Assembly (NCBI GenBank): GCA_023920165.1
Contig: CP089275.1
Coordinates: forward strand, 3,410,001-3,474,000
Origin: Curvularia clavata
Lineage: Eukaryota
Length of the DNA: 64,000 nt
Reading direction: 5' to 3'
How positions within the stretch are numbered: position 1 is the first letter of the stretch; each line of letters begins with the position of its first letter. Below, one piece after another: positions 33,575 through 46,930 of the stretch. The translations under genes were made by a program, and so were the position numbers. The notes beneath the pieces are model-generated. The model ran no database searches and was not told the origin of the DNA. It worked only from the letters and a program-made list of their open reading frames with translations.

Positions 33575-34492
33575 TTATATCAAGAAAGGACCGTCGTAGG
33601 CTCCGTCTGGCTCTTGCAGGCGGACTGCTTCAAGCGAAGGGACAGTCCCTGGCTTGTAGAAGCTCAGCAGCATCTCCATGTCTTCCTCGGTCATGGCGCA
33701 GAGGTCGTCTAGCGAGTACTGCTCGCAGACTTTGGACATCCTGCACCGGGTCAGCAAAAGGCTCGCCGGGGGGTCGCGACGCGTCACATACCACTGCATC
33801 CGCTTGGGCCCTTCCTCGATAGCGGGCGCAACCTTTCTAAGCTTCTTGCGCAGCATGCCGACTCTTTGGACAGCATTGCCAATGTTATGAGGGAGGCCGG
33901 CGGCGATCTGTCTCCTGACAATGTTGGCCAGCTTGGGCCCGTTTCCGTTTGTGCTGACCATGATTTGCAACGGCCCGTCGCGATGGACGCTGCCAAAGTA
34001 AAAATCACATTCGGGTGGAACATCGGCAATGTTTGCCGCTATTCGTCTCTCTTTGCACAGCTTGTAGATCTGTGACGAGGCTTCCGGGTCGTCGACTGCG
34101 GTCAGGACCATGTCGACGCCATCCAGGTCCGAGGGCTCGAACTTGCGGTCCACATAGTCGACCTGGCCCTGTTCGACGCGGTAGGCAACTTCGTCGTTGA
34201 GGCCTTCGCGGGGACACACGACAGTGATTTTTGCATCGGCATTGAGGACGTTCACGATACGGCCAGCAGCAACCTACTTGGGTCAATGGTCAATACTCTG
34301 CAGGGAGACGACCGCTGATAGACTCACCTCTCCGCCACCGACAACCAAGACACGTTTATTGCGAATCTGCCATGCGAGGATCAGCGATCCGCCGCCCTGG
34401 ATCTCTGGGTATGGAGCCTTCATGATGCTGGGGGTGTTTTGCGGAGAGGACGGCGCGCCGGGCGGAGATGCTCCAGCAGCATGGGGCGTCAT
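33575..34492 (-). CDS. MET8: Siroheme biosynthesis precorrin-2 dehydrogenase/ferrochelatase
   Basis: GGGSLILAW, VLVVGGGEVAAGR, NIADVPPECDFYFG, VSTNGNGPKLA. Introns 34274-34327 and 33741-33791. The start could instead be ATG 34423. Confidence 0.9.
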
Positions 34493-34833
34493 TGCCAAGG
34501 CGGCGGTTGACAGCACGCAAGAAGCGCGACATTGCCGCGGTTGCACTCCAGGCACGTGATTCTCCGAGAAGCGCCGCTGACCGAGTCCCTGTCGCCGAAT
34601 ATGGCAGCCTATTGTGTCCCCGGCCTTGTCCAGTATAGTCGTATATACCAATTGCAGTCAGGTGAAATCAAAGTCGTGGACATAGTCGTGGTGCCTTGCT
34701 AGCGGCCAAGGGACAAGCCGCCCGCCTTAGCCGCACGCCCCCCGGACACTGCGCATCCACCACCATCCTGGCCCCATATCCATCCCAATCCACATGTCGT
34801 CCCTAGACGACGCCTCCCCTGACTCTCCCGAAC

Positions 34834-36921
34834 ATGGCCTCGCGCAGGTCCTTGGGCGGTGGTCGCGTCCTGGGGAGCGGCCGGAACCTATCCCCCCATG
34901 CGCCTTCGCCCCAGCCCGCAGCCGTCCATCGCCGCAATGCCAGTCTGCTCTCGCCCTCTGAGAGCTCCGTTTCGCTCAGTTCCCAGACGTCCAATAGCCC
35001 CGCCAGCACTGCAGAGACTCGTGAGGACATTAGTAGCAAGGTGCTAGCGGCAGGTTCTACAAGTACGACAGCTGCCAGCGCGTCGAGCAGACTCGTGTGC
35101 CCCATATGCAACGAGGAAATGGTGCGTCCTCCAGTCCATGGCTAAACACCAATACTGATTGAATGACGCAGGTCACGTTGCTCCAGCTGAATAGGTACTT
35201 ACCGCTGCCTGCTGCCCCTCCTCCTTATACCATCCCTGACACGTACCAGACACCTCGACGATACCCACCAGAACCTTGTTGTGGAGGAGCAAGATGAGGT
35301 CAAGAACTGGTTCGAGGCCCAGATGCACAAGGCCAAAAAGTTCCAGCCCCTCGCCGTCCTCAACCAAAAGCTCAAAGGCCTTGACGTCTTCGAGTCCAAT
35401 GACGCTCCAGTAGCCACCCACGTCTCCCACTCCGCCAGCAGCTCCACTGCCCATGCCGCCTACGAGCCCGCTCCTGTCCGCAGAGACCCTGACGAGGATG
35501 TCACCCGCGCCCACTGGCAGCGACCCGCCTACCGCGATGTCTGCTCCGACCCAATGTGCGCCCGCCCCATTACTACCTCGCAGATGGCCCTGGGTGGAGG
35601 CCTGCCCGCTGTCAACTGTAGGCAGTGCGGAAGGCTGTTCTGTGAAGAGCATACTATGTACCAGATGAAGCTGTCCCGGCAAGCCAAGCATGACCCTGTA
35701 AGAGGCATTTGGTGTCGCGTGTGCGAGACGTGCTACAAGTCAAGAGACGGGTACAATGACCACCGCGGCCTGGAGCGCGACCACTTTGCCGAGTTTGCCA
35801 AAATCCGCCAGAAACATGTAGACAGGGAACGCATGGAAGTCAGCAGGCTGGAGAAGCGCTTGACCAAGCTCACCCAGCTCCTTGCAAACCCACCGCCTGT
35901 GGAAGAGGCTTCCACGACAGGCAGCTGGTTCTCGCTTCCGGGAGCCAAGAACCAGCGCAAGGCCCTAGAGCAGTCCATCATCACCTGGGAAGAGGATGCG
36001 AAAGTATCAAATTGTCCGTTTTGCCAGCAGGAGTTTTCCACATACACATTTAGACGATCGCATTGCCGCATGTGTGGTCGAGTCGTCTGTAGCGATCCGA
36101 AGACTGCGTGCTCAACAGAAGTGGGCCTCAATGTGGCTGCTAGTGCTCAAAAATCAGAAAAGGATGCCGGCCAGGTTAGCTTAGATGTACGCATGTGCAA
36201 GGACTGCCAACATACGTTATTTGCTAGAAGCGACTTTGAACGCGAACTTGCCAGCAAGCCCAAAGACCAACGCGCGTACGAGAACCTCGCCCAGTTCGAA
36301 AGAGGTATCCGCCTGCTCCTCCCTCGATTCCATAAGCTTCTGCAAGCACTGCAAGACCCGGACAAGTCGCCTACGCCACAGCAGTTGGCTGATGCGACCA
36401 AGGTTCGCAAAAGGTTGATGGACGGATTTGCTCAGTTCGATGTCGCAGCCAAGCGCATACGCGATCTTCCTACCGACTCGCCCACCCAGCAAAAATTACA
36501 AAAAGCTGTTTACCAGCAGGCCTACAGCTTCTTGAGTCTGCATATGCTACCCCTGAGATCTCTTCCCAAGATTCTGAAACACGCCGCTCCCCAAGGACGT
36601 CCGAACGGAGGTAGCGCTTTGGCTTCGATCAAGTACAACGATCGCTCTGCCGGTAGTGTTGTGAGCAGCAGCGAAATGTCGGCCATGGAATCAGAGGAGA
36701 AGGAGCTTAGGGAACGACTGATTGTGCTTGAAGAACAGAAATTCATGGTGTCTGAAATGGTTGCCGATGCCACAAAGCACCGCAGATTCGACGAGGTATC
36801 GAGCTTGGCGCAGAATCTTGAGGATTTGAACAAGGAGATTGATCAGATCAACGGGCAGCTGGGACAACTCGACTTTGCTGGCGCCTACCACGCAGGCATA
36901 GCCAACGCGCAGCCAGGATGA
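34834..36921 (+). CDS. PEP7: Vacuolar segregation protein Pep7/Vac1 (rabenosyn-5 homolog)
   Basis: C2H2 finger CPICNEEMVTLLQLNRHLDDTH built across introns 35122-35171 and 35195-35249 (23-nt exon). Two FYVE-like domains and a C-terminal Rab-binding coiled coil. Confidence 0.92.
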
Positions 36922-38767
36922 GATTGCTGAGTATTTCAGTTTCAAATATTTTTGTTTATTCTTACATGGGACTATGGTCGAGGAACCAAAGGCTTTCGCC
37001 AACGACTGGCCAGATGCTTGCATTTTTGAGCAAGCCCTCAAGTTGCGCCAATCCACTACCCTGTTTAGGGTTCAATGAGCTAGCCACATACCGGATAACT
37101 CAAGTTCATCTTGAGTATACCAGCAGCCTTGATCGCCGATTCGTAGAAAAGGTGGCTTTATAGGGAAACTGGAAGAGTAGATATGGGAAAGAATGATCCA
37201 ATGTAGAAAAAGAGTGCCTTCGGGTGTAAGAATAGTTGAGGTATAGCCAATTAAGGCAATGAACAAATACAATGAACCTGTTCATTCGTGTCGGGAACTT
37301 CTGGAATGAGGCCTCTTTTTTTGTTTCGCTTATCTTTGTCGAGAGACTGCTTTTCCTGCCTTTCGTCCTACTTTCCAGCGTCAAATATGACCTCAGATGT
37401 ATGGTGTGAAAAGAGAATTTGCGTCATAGCTGTCAGCACCTTGTCCCCTATCATGTCTGACGAACGACTATTCAATGAGGCATCTTGCCCAGCACACCTG
37501 CTCACAGCTGCATAGACCCCTTCAAATTGCTAAGATTCTAAACACGTTGGAAAAATGTAACACACTCGCTCGAAGCATGATCATCTCCATATCCCGCATC
37601 GTAACGGCGTGCTAGCGACTCATATTTACTACATAGAACATGTAGAGTCATTGTGGATGCGATAGTTTTGCTTCTCAAGATGTACCGTATGATGTATCTA
37701 GCGATCCATTCTTCTTTTATGTCAGTGATTGAAGCCATCTAGTGTGAATGGTTGATGAAACTCACGGAGAGCCATTCAAGAGGACTTTATGTTCACGAGG
37801 GACTTTAGTCGTGAACAGCAGTGTCATCAGGGGTCCGCACATCCGCATTCATTATTTTATCCTATCACATCAGGAAACCAATTGCCTCGTCTGATTAGAC
37901 ACGCACCACCTAAAATCTATCGCCACAGTTACCTGTTATAAGAATGTTTACATGAGGATGCCTCGGAAAACCCGGTCGGCGAATCTCACTCGATCCCTAT
38001 CTGCCGAGAAAGCTATGTGGAACCATTGGTCCGACAGCAGGGACTGCGAAACAACAATCACTCATCCTCAACCGTTCTTACATGAGATTGCGTGATTACT
38101 GCCGCGCAGCTTGTCGCCAACAAGAAGGCTTTTGGCTACTACGTGAGACAAGCCTATCTACTATGACTGCCAGTATGATCTGGGGAAAGATCATTCAGCC
38201 ATAGCGATACCCCATTATGTGGTCCCGTGATGGAAAGCAGAGCGCTCCCAAAACATCGATGCTCCAAGTAGCGGACATGTGGTGAACCGAGTTCTGCTCA
38301 TCGTGATCACCGCCGAGGAAAGCGCCGTTGTCCACTTTTGCTGACAACACGGACAGTAAGAAGAGGATGTTGGATACGCTCTCATTCGGGGGGCTAAAGA
38401 AACTGCTCCGCCCAGTTATCGAAACGAGCCTTTGCCGACAGTTCTCTTGTTTCTCTCATTTTTGACCAACGGGTATCGTTCACAGAAACAGCTCACACCA
38501 GTTTGGTTGTAGATGGAAACTATTGAAACACTAAAGCATTCTCCAGTCCTGGTATCCTACATAAATTCACTTGCCTGCGATGGACTCCTGTCATACCAAA
38601 CTCGTCCTTCAACAATAGACATTTTCCAGTTACATGTCTTAGTTCCGGATAACTCCAACAACACCGAATTCCGGACAGCTTTAGGGGAGATTCCTTTCGA
38701 TATAAACGCCAGTGTAGACAAAGCGCATGATACTGTTACACTCCAATCTATGTGCTTGCTCATAATA

Positions 38768-41035
38768 CTAGTTCTCGAGCAAGAGACCTTGCATTGCCTC
38801 ATCTCCATTGTCTTGTGTTGCCTTATCGATTGCACGCTGTGCGAGGGTCGTCAGTTCTTCGACTAGTTCATCGACAGCCTGAATCTGGCGAGAAGCATTC
38901 TCCATCTTTTCCCAGCGGCTTATTGGGATTCTTCGAATCATGGGCGGGACGTCTTTCAGTAATTCAAGGTCTCTGCGAGATTGTGGCGACCGAGGTCGGT
39001 GAAGAATGCCGTAGAAGAGGGTCAGTAGGGCTGACATGGGATAGAAGAGAATCATCCTACGAAGGCACTGTGTTAATGCATGGCTTATCTCAATATCTTG
39101 TGATCGATTGGCAAAGATCCAACATGAGAACACAGGAAAGTATACGTACCAAAAACTATTCTCATCGAGGAGATGACTCGTCATTTGCAAGTAGAGCAAA
39201 GACGATCGACTAGCCTCGATGCTCAGTTCTAGGCTCGTTCCGACGCCCTCCAAATCGTCTTGGCTTCCAAAACTCCAAGCTCGGCATCTACTTGTTGCCT
39301 GGTGAATAGCAGCAACGCAGTGGTTGTAATCCAAATGCATCATGACCGAAGGCATGACCGCCACATCCGTTGGTAGCCTCGCACGCGTGAACGAAACAGT
39401 AGGTCTGTACGGAAGGGGGATAGATAGCCTCCAGCATTCCAGATCATCGTCTAGCTCACGAATATCCTTCAATATCTCCGCATCTGCCTTCCTCAAAGCG
39501 CGAGGTGAAAACAGAGCGTTGTACGCCTTCGACTTGATAATGCTCAACGATGGGTGGCCGGGGAAGAGAGGTACACACTTATAGGGCATATCTGGTCCAC
39601 ATCCCATCATCTGATAGTAGACTTGCTGAACGTAGGCTGGCGGGAGACTCATATCACAGTGATCATCTTGCAGACACGGCGGCTGACCCGTTCGAAGCGA
39701 CAACTCCTTATCCAGGATGTAAGTCAACCAAAAAAGATTCCGCATTAAGTATCTCTCGCGAAACGACGGGCTTGCGGATACGATACTCGCATCGGCGCAC
39801 GAAGGATACGTCGTAGTATGTGCGCCGAGCATAAAGATGATTCGCGTAGTGACAGAATCTTGGATGAGAGCATTTGGAAGGTCCCCAGAGACGAGATGAT
39901 ACATCATCTTAAACACTATTTAGCCAACGTATGACAAGGTCTCAAAAGGACATGATACGTACCAGCATACATGATGTCTGCAGTGTTTCCAACGTCACCG
40001 GTAGAGAGAACGCTGTCAATATCCGATGCGCCGTCAGCGAGTATTGCTCCGCATTTGGAGTTATGCTTGCCGGCTGGCGGATACTAAAGAAGGATACGAA
40101 TGCCAGAAAAGCAAATACGCAAGCTTGTGCATTGGGTAGATCACAAGCCGAATGGCTCGATGTTGATGAGTATGCTGTTTCGATTGTACTCTGAAACCGC
40201 ACTGGGTCAACAACGGGGAATACGTGACATACAAACGAACGGCGGTACAGGGATAAACACTCCTCAACCACTTGCCGGTCTGGCATGTTACTTGGCAGAT
40301 TCACGCTTATTGCATTAACCGATGTACCCCAATCTGAGCGGACCATGCTACGCCAGGTTTGACGAAGAGCTGTGATTCGCTCAAGCGATACATCCTCGCC
40401 TGTACGGGAGCGGATCCACTGTTCTCCGTGTTCCGAGAATACGGGAATGCCGTTGCTTGAGTTGATGGAACCCAGGCGCCAGCCGGCAAAATGAAGAGAG
40501 CCAAGGGCTGGTTGCTCAATGGACGATGGTGTTGAGATGTCGCGTACTTCATCACTCCCGTCGTCCTCTCTATTTTCTGTTGTCGAATCTGAAGGATCAG
40601 ACAAGTTGTCATGTGGCAAAGATGTACTTGTCTTTTGTTCTAATGTTTTGGCCAGAAGTCGTTCCAGTCGATCGACACGGTCTAGTAGCTGGTTACGATG
40701 TTGTTTACTACGGAAGTAAGTAAAACACCACGAAAAAAAGAAGAGCAGGTTTTGTAGGCATACTTGGAGCGCCTTTTACGGACGACCCGTCGTTCGTACG
40801 AACACTGCAAGCCACGATGAGCACACCAGTTGCACTGCGGGAGAGCCCCATCGCATTTTATCTAAGCTCAACCACGATATTAGCCACTTGCAAACAGCCA
40901 TGGCGCTGTTCGGCTGTAACGAAAGTCACTGACCTTCTTTTCGTAGCAGACATCGCACGCCTTTGTGATTCGCTTCGACTTCCAGGACTCCGCTGGCTGG
41001 TCTCCACCACTTGTATCCATCGTTTCGGGCTCCAT
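38768..41035 (-). CDS. Zn2Cys6 transcription factor with Fungal_trans domain
   Basis: KACDVCYEKK|IKCDGALPQCNWCAHRGLQC across intron 40862-40933. Further introns 40708-40763, about 39908-39962, and 39057-39149. RNLFWLTYILDKELSLRTGQPP motif. Confidence 0.9.
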
Positions 41036-41266
41036 TGACTAATTCGGTTAGACTGCTGTTCCTGCCTCACCCAACAAGAATTATGGAACGCGCGAGTGTG
41101 CACACGGAAGCGATTTTGGTTCCTCAAGTACCGAGGGGGGTGGTCTGGCCAGGAGAGTAACTCGTGCCTCCGGATCGATGCGGAAAAAGAAGAGGAGAAG
41201 GAAAGGACGTGTCTCGGCGCCCGTGGGCATAAACCGCCGTTAGGGCAATGGTGAAGTTTCAAGGTA

Positions 41267-41293
41267 GGTTCCGAAATGGTTCCGAAAGTTCCG
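41267..41293. promoter_or_regulatory. Direct repeats GGTTCCGAAA x2 plus GTTCCG in the TF/ABC divergent promoter (candidate Zn2Cys6 sites)
   Basis: Repeats at 41267, 41278 and 41288, immediately followed by TATATAA. More GTTCCG/GTCCG copies at about 41460-41570. Confidence 0.5.
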
Positions 41294-41764
41294 CTTATAT
41301 AACACAGACTCCACACCTACTAGCCTTATCTAGATCGCGGCTGAAGCCTGAGCGTATAGTACGACTGTATAGCCCCATTCAATGATTGACTCTCTATGGG
41401 TATCAAGCTTTAAGGATTAACAATCTCCGTCAGTCCAGCTCCACAACGGTATGAAAAATGTTCCGTTGCAAGGTCAACTTGTCCGTCGTATGCGTTTCCT
41501 AAGTTCCGAGATAGCGATGTACGCCCTTTTCTGTACAAACTTCGTGAAGACGTTCGTCCGATGTCCGATGTGCCACTGCTCTCTTTTGTTATTACTTTTT
41601 AGTTGGATCTCGGTCACTCTTCGCTCCTCTTAATGGAAGCTTCGCCACTGTTCCTTTAGTAATAGACTACGGAGTACTACATTACTATCCTCTCATTCTT
41701 TTCCTTCTTGTCATTATTGTAATCTTTTTTCTGGGCATACAGTGTCCAGAATTTATACATCAAC

Positions 41765-44700
41765 ATGTTAGACCGTCAGCTCTCAGAGTCTAGCCATCCT
41801 CAATCTCCTGATCGCCGGCTCTCTATTGCCTCCCACCAATCTTATCACAGCCATCATCATCGCAAGTCTGACACCATTGCTGGAGAGATCCTGCGAACCT
41901 TGACTCACCAGTCTGCTTTCTCGGAGAGAGATCGTGAGCGAGAGCTTCGTGATACCCAAGCAGTGGACGAGGATGAAGAGAAGGTCTGTGATTGGAACAT
42001 GGCTCATGAGGTCAAAGAGATGAACTCCAATAATCTACAAAAGCCAAAACATTTGGGTGTCACTTGGCAGAACCTTACTGTGAAAGCGGTCAGCCAAAGT
42101 GCAATGATACAGGAAAACGTCCTGTCCCAACTCAACATATGGAAAAAGATCGCCGAATCGCGGCAGCCTAGAAGTATGAGGACAATCCTTGAAAACTCGC
42201 ATGGCTGTGTCAAGCCTGGTGAGATGTTGCTGGTACTTGGTCGACCTGGATCTGGTTGTACTACCCTACTCAATATGCTCGCTAACAAACGCTCTGCCTA
42301 CGCTGAGATCGAAGGCGATGTCCGCTTTGGTAATCTTTCTCCAGAGGAAGCAGCCAAATACCGTGGACAGATTGTCATAAACACCGAACAAGAAATCTTT
42401 TTCCCAACTCTCACTGTCGGTCAGACTATGGACTTTGCCACAAAGATGAAGATTCCCGACCAAGGTGTTCGTGGGCCACAGACCGAGAAGGAATACCAAC
42501 AGCAGATGAAGGACTTTTTATTACGTTCTATGGGCATTGAACAGTAAGTAAAGCACACTGCAGCATGCACAGCCAACATCGGGCTGGTTACAACCTTTTG
42601 TTTGGCCCGATGTTTATCCTTCTTACTCTAGAGAATCTTACTGACGTCTGCCGCAACCTCCAGTACGCATGACACCAAAGTCGGCAACGAGTATGTTCGT
42701 GGCGTGTCCGGCGGCGAGAGAAAACGAGTATCTGTCATCGAATGCTTGGCGACTCGAGCGAGCGTCTTCTGCTGGGACAATAGCACTCGCGGCCTCGACG
42801 CAAGTACTGCTCTCGAGTGGGCCAAGGCAGTTCGAGCCATGACGACGATCTTAGGTGTCACGACAATCGCAACACTATACCAGGCGGGAAATGGTATCTT
42901 CGAACAATTCGACAAAGTCCTTGTTCTGGACGAAGGCAAACAAATCTTCTATGGTCCGAGAGAAGAAGCACGCCCTTTCATGGAGCAGCTCGGATTCCTG
43001 TGTGATCCTTCAGCCAACGTCGCAGATTTCCTAACTGGAGTAACGGTTCCTTCTGAAAGAGCCATCCGGCCTGGCTTTGAGGCTTCATTCCCTCGGTCCG
43101 CCGATGCAGTTCGTGAACGCTATGAACAGTCCAATATCTGCCAGCAAATGAAACTAGAATATGCATTCCCGGAATCCGATTACGCAAAGAAGGGCACGGA
43201 GTCTTTCAAAGAATCTGTTGCGATGGAGAAATCCCGACGCCTTCCGAAGAACTCGCAGTTCACCGTTCCACTGGGCAAGCAAATCACAACTGCTGTCAGA
43301 CGCCAGTACCAGATTCTCTGGGGTGACAGAGCGACCTTCTTCATCAAACAGGCACTGACCATTGTTCTCTCGTTGGTGACTGGTAGTCTGTTCTACGACG
43401 CTCCCAGCACGAGCGGAGGTCTTTTCTCCAAAGGAGGCACAGTATTCATTAGTGTCATCACTTTTGGTCTGATTGCTCTTTCTGAAGTGACTGACAGCTT
43501 CTTTGGTCGGCCTGTTCTTGCCAAACATAAAGACTTTGCCCTCTACCATCCCGCTGCGTTTTGCTTTGCGCAAATTACTGCAGACATTCCGATTGTAACT
43601 GCTCAAGTCACTAGTTTCTCCGTGATCGTGTATTTCATGGTCGGACTTAAGCAGACCGCGGGGGCATTCTTTACGTTTTGGATCGTCTTGGTCTCGCTCT
43701 CGATTTGCATGACGGCATTGTTTCGGCTGATTGGAGCTGCTTTCGACAAGTTTGACGACGCCTCAAAGATCTCAGGATTTCTAGTTTCGGCTTTGATCAC
43801 ATACTCGGGTTACATGATTCCGAAGACAGCCATGCACCCTTGGTTTGTCTGGATATACTGGATCAATCCGTTAGCTTACGGCTTCGAGAGTTTAATGGCT
43901 AATGGTATGTTACGGTCGACTCTTCCCTTCCACACATCTACATTCTTCAATGCTAACCGTCTATGCTAGAGTTCAAAGGACAAATCATACCTTGCGTCAT
44001 TCCCAACCTCATCCCCGCCGGACCTGGCTACACGAACACCAATAACGCCTGCGCTGGTATTGCGGGAGCGGCAGTTGGAGCAAATTCTCTTACTGGTGAA
44101 GAGTACCTGGCCTCCCTCTCGTATTCTACTGGTCATCTTTGGAGAAATTTCGGAATTCTTTGGGCGTGGTGGGCCCTGTTCGCCTCTTTGACTGTATACT
44201 GCACGAATAACTGGAAAAACACATTCACAGGAGGCGGCTCACTTTTGGTTCCGCGCGAGAACATGAAGAAAGCCCAAACTGTCTTGGCAGCCGATGAGGA
44301 ATCTCAGGTGAACGAAAAAGGTCCTAGTTCATCGGATTCGAGCGGTGTAATGGCTTCTTCCGAGGACGACAAGTCCGATGGGCTGATTCGCAATGAGTCT
44401 GTCTTCACCTGGAAAAACCTATCGTATACCGTCAAGACCCCAAGTGGTCCCAGAGTCCTACTCGATAATGTACAGGGATGGATCAAGCCGGGCACTTTGG
44501 GCGCTCTTATGGGATCTAGCGGAGGTAAGCCACTTTCATTATATCTTTGGTGGACATTTGAACCCTGCTGACATATCTTCCAGCCGGAAAGACTACACTG
44601 ATGGATGTGCTTGCTCAACGAAAGACCGAAGGAACAATCCAAGGCTCTATACTTGTTGATGGAAGACCTCTCCCTGTTTCATTCCAACGTAGCGCCGGCT

Positions 44701-46413
44701 ACTGTGAGCAACTAGACGTCCACGAACCGTACACGACCGTCAGAGAGGCTCTTGAGTTTTCTGCTCTTCTACGCCAATCAGCAGATACACCGAGGGAAGA
44801 GAAACTTCGCTACGTCGATACAGTCATTGACCTCCTTGAGCTACGCGATTTGGAACACACACTAATTGGCCGACCTGGTGCAGGTCTCTCAGTTGAGCAG
44901 ACAAAGCGCGTCACCATCGGCGTTGAACTGGTAGCAAAGCCTAGTATTCTCATTTTTCTGGATGAACCAACAAGCGGTTTGGATGGCCAGTCAGCTTTCA
45001 ATACACTGCGCTTCCTTCGCAAACTCGCCGGGGCTGGCCAGGCCGTCCTCTGCACGATCCACCAGCCTAGTGCACAGCTGTTCGCTGAGTTTGACTCTCT
45101 TCTCTTACTCACTAGAGGCGGCAAGACAGTCTACTTCGGAGACATTGGTACTAACGCTGCCACAATCAAGGACTATTTTGGACGCAACGGCGCCCCTTGT
45201 CCTCCAGAAACGAACCCAGCGGAACACATGATCGACGTTGTGTCGGGTACACTCTCACAAGGAAAGGACTGGAATAAGGTGTGGCTAGAGTCTCCTGAGC
45301 ATGCCAAAATGAGCAAGGAACTTGATCAAATCATCGAGGAAGCTGCTGCACAGCCAGCCAAGTACGTTGACGACGGCAAGACCTTCGCTGCCGATATGTG
45401 GACGCAGATCAAGGTGGTCACACACCGCATGAACATCTCGATTTACAGGAACATTGGTTACATCAACAACAAGATCGCGTTGCACGTTGGCTCAGCTCTG
45501 TTCAACGGTTTCTCCTTCTGGATGATCGGAAACAGCGTGGCAGATTTACAGCTGGGTCTATTCGCTAACTTCAACTTCTTGTTCGTCGCGCCTGGTGTGT
45601 TTGCGCAGCTGCAACCTTTATTCATTGACCGCCGTGACATTTACGACGCTCGCGAGAAGAAGAGCAAGATTTATTGTAAGTTTCCTGCATCCAATCTATA
45701 CTGATAATGCCTCTAACTTGAATCCTGCAGCTTGGGTAGCCTTCGTCACAGGCTTGATCGTCAGTGAATTCGCCTATCTTGTCGTCTGTGCGGTTCTCTA
45801 CTTTGTCTGCTTCTATTACACCGTGGGCTTCCCGTCGTCCAGCAGCGATGCTGGCGCCGTCTTCTTCATCATGCTCATCTACGAGTTCATCTACACTGGC
45901 ATCGGACAATTCGTCGCGGCATATGCCCCCAACGCCATCGCTGCAAGTCTCATCAATCCTCTCGTCATTACCGCCATGACGTCTTTCTGCGGCGTCCTTG
46001 TCCCATACAGCCAAATCACGGCATTCTGGCGCTACTGGATGTACTATCTCAATCCGTTTACATATCTCATGGGCGGTTTGCTCACGTTCACCTTGTGGGA
46101 TAAGAAGGTTGTCTGCAAGGAGTCTGAGTTCGCAGTGTTCGACCCGCCGAGTGGCCAGTCGTGCAGCGCTTACTTGGAGCCATATCTCCAAGGCTTGGGA
46201 AGAGCTGCGAACTTGGTGAACCCAGATGCAACACAAGGCTGCAAGGTGTGTCAGTACCACCAGGGAAGTGAGTACTTGGCTACCCTCAACATCGAAGAAC
46301 ACTACTATGGATGGAGGAATATCGGCATATGCGTTCTGTTCGCGCTCAGCTCCTACAGTTTGGTGTATGCGCTTATGAAGTTGAGGACGAAGACGTCGAA
46401 GAAGGCAGAGTAG
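41765..46413 (+). CDS. Full-size ABCG/PDR multidrug transporter, AtrB-like
   Basis: NBD1 [46 protein letters not shown]2 [34 protein letters not shown]. Introns 42544-42663, 43905-43969, 44525-44583 and 45676-45730. Confidence 0.93.
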
Positions 46414-46930
46414 TGGAGGCAGATTGGTTATGCATGTTGGTCAGATTGTCAGTGTAGGTTTGGGCGCTTTTGCTGTTCAAAAAACTTTCCCTTCATTTTT
46501 AGAATGTATTCATTATTCACAACAGCATTAGACAGCTGCGGCACATCACCGTCACAAAATTGGCCTCGCTGCCGTCTTTATAATAGAAGTTTTACTGCGC
46601 CGAATGTCGGTTTATAGTGTACACTACTATCTCAACTCATTATAGAAGTCGATCCAGTTGGCGCTGCTCTTAGTCACTGGGTTCATATTTACTTTCAAAA
46701 GCAGCTGTTTATAATTAAGAGATTCGTTGATTTTAACGATTAAATTCTTGCAACTGCGGCATTATGGTGTTGTCTTTGGCGTCGAATATTTATTAGCTTT
46801 CTACTATTCTCCATGGGGAAACTCCACCCCTCAAACTAACTCAAGGAAACACCGCAACAGGCTGGCTTCTTCTCAACACCTGGATACCGTCCAGCAAATA
46901 CATACAGTCTATCGTATAACCTACAAAAAT

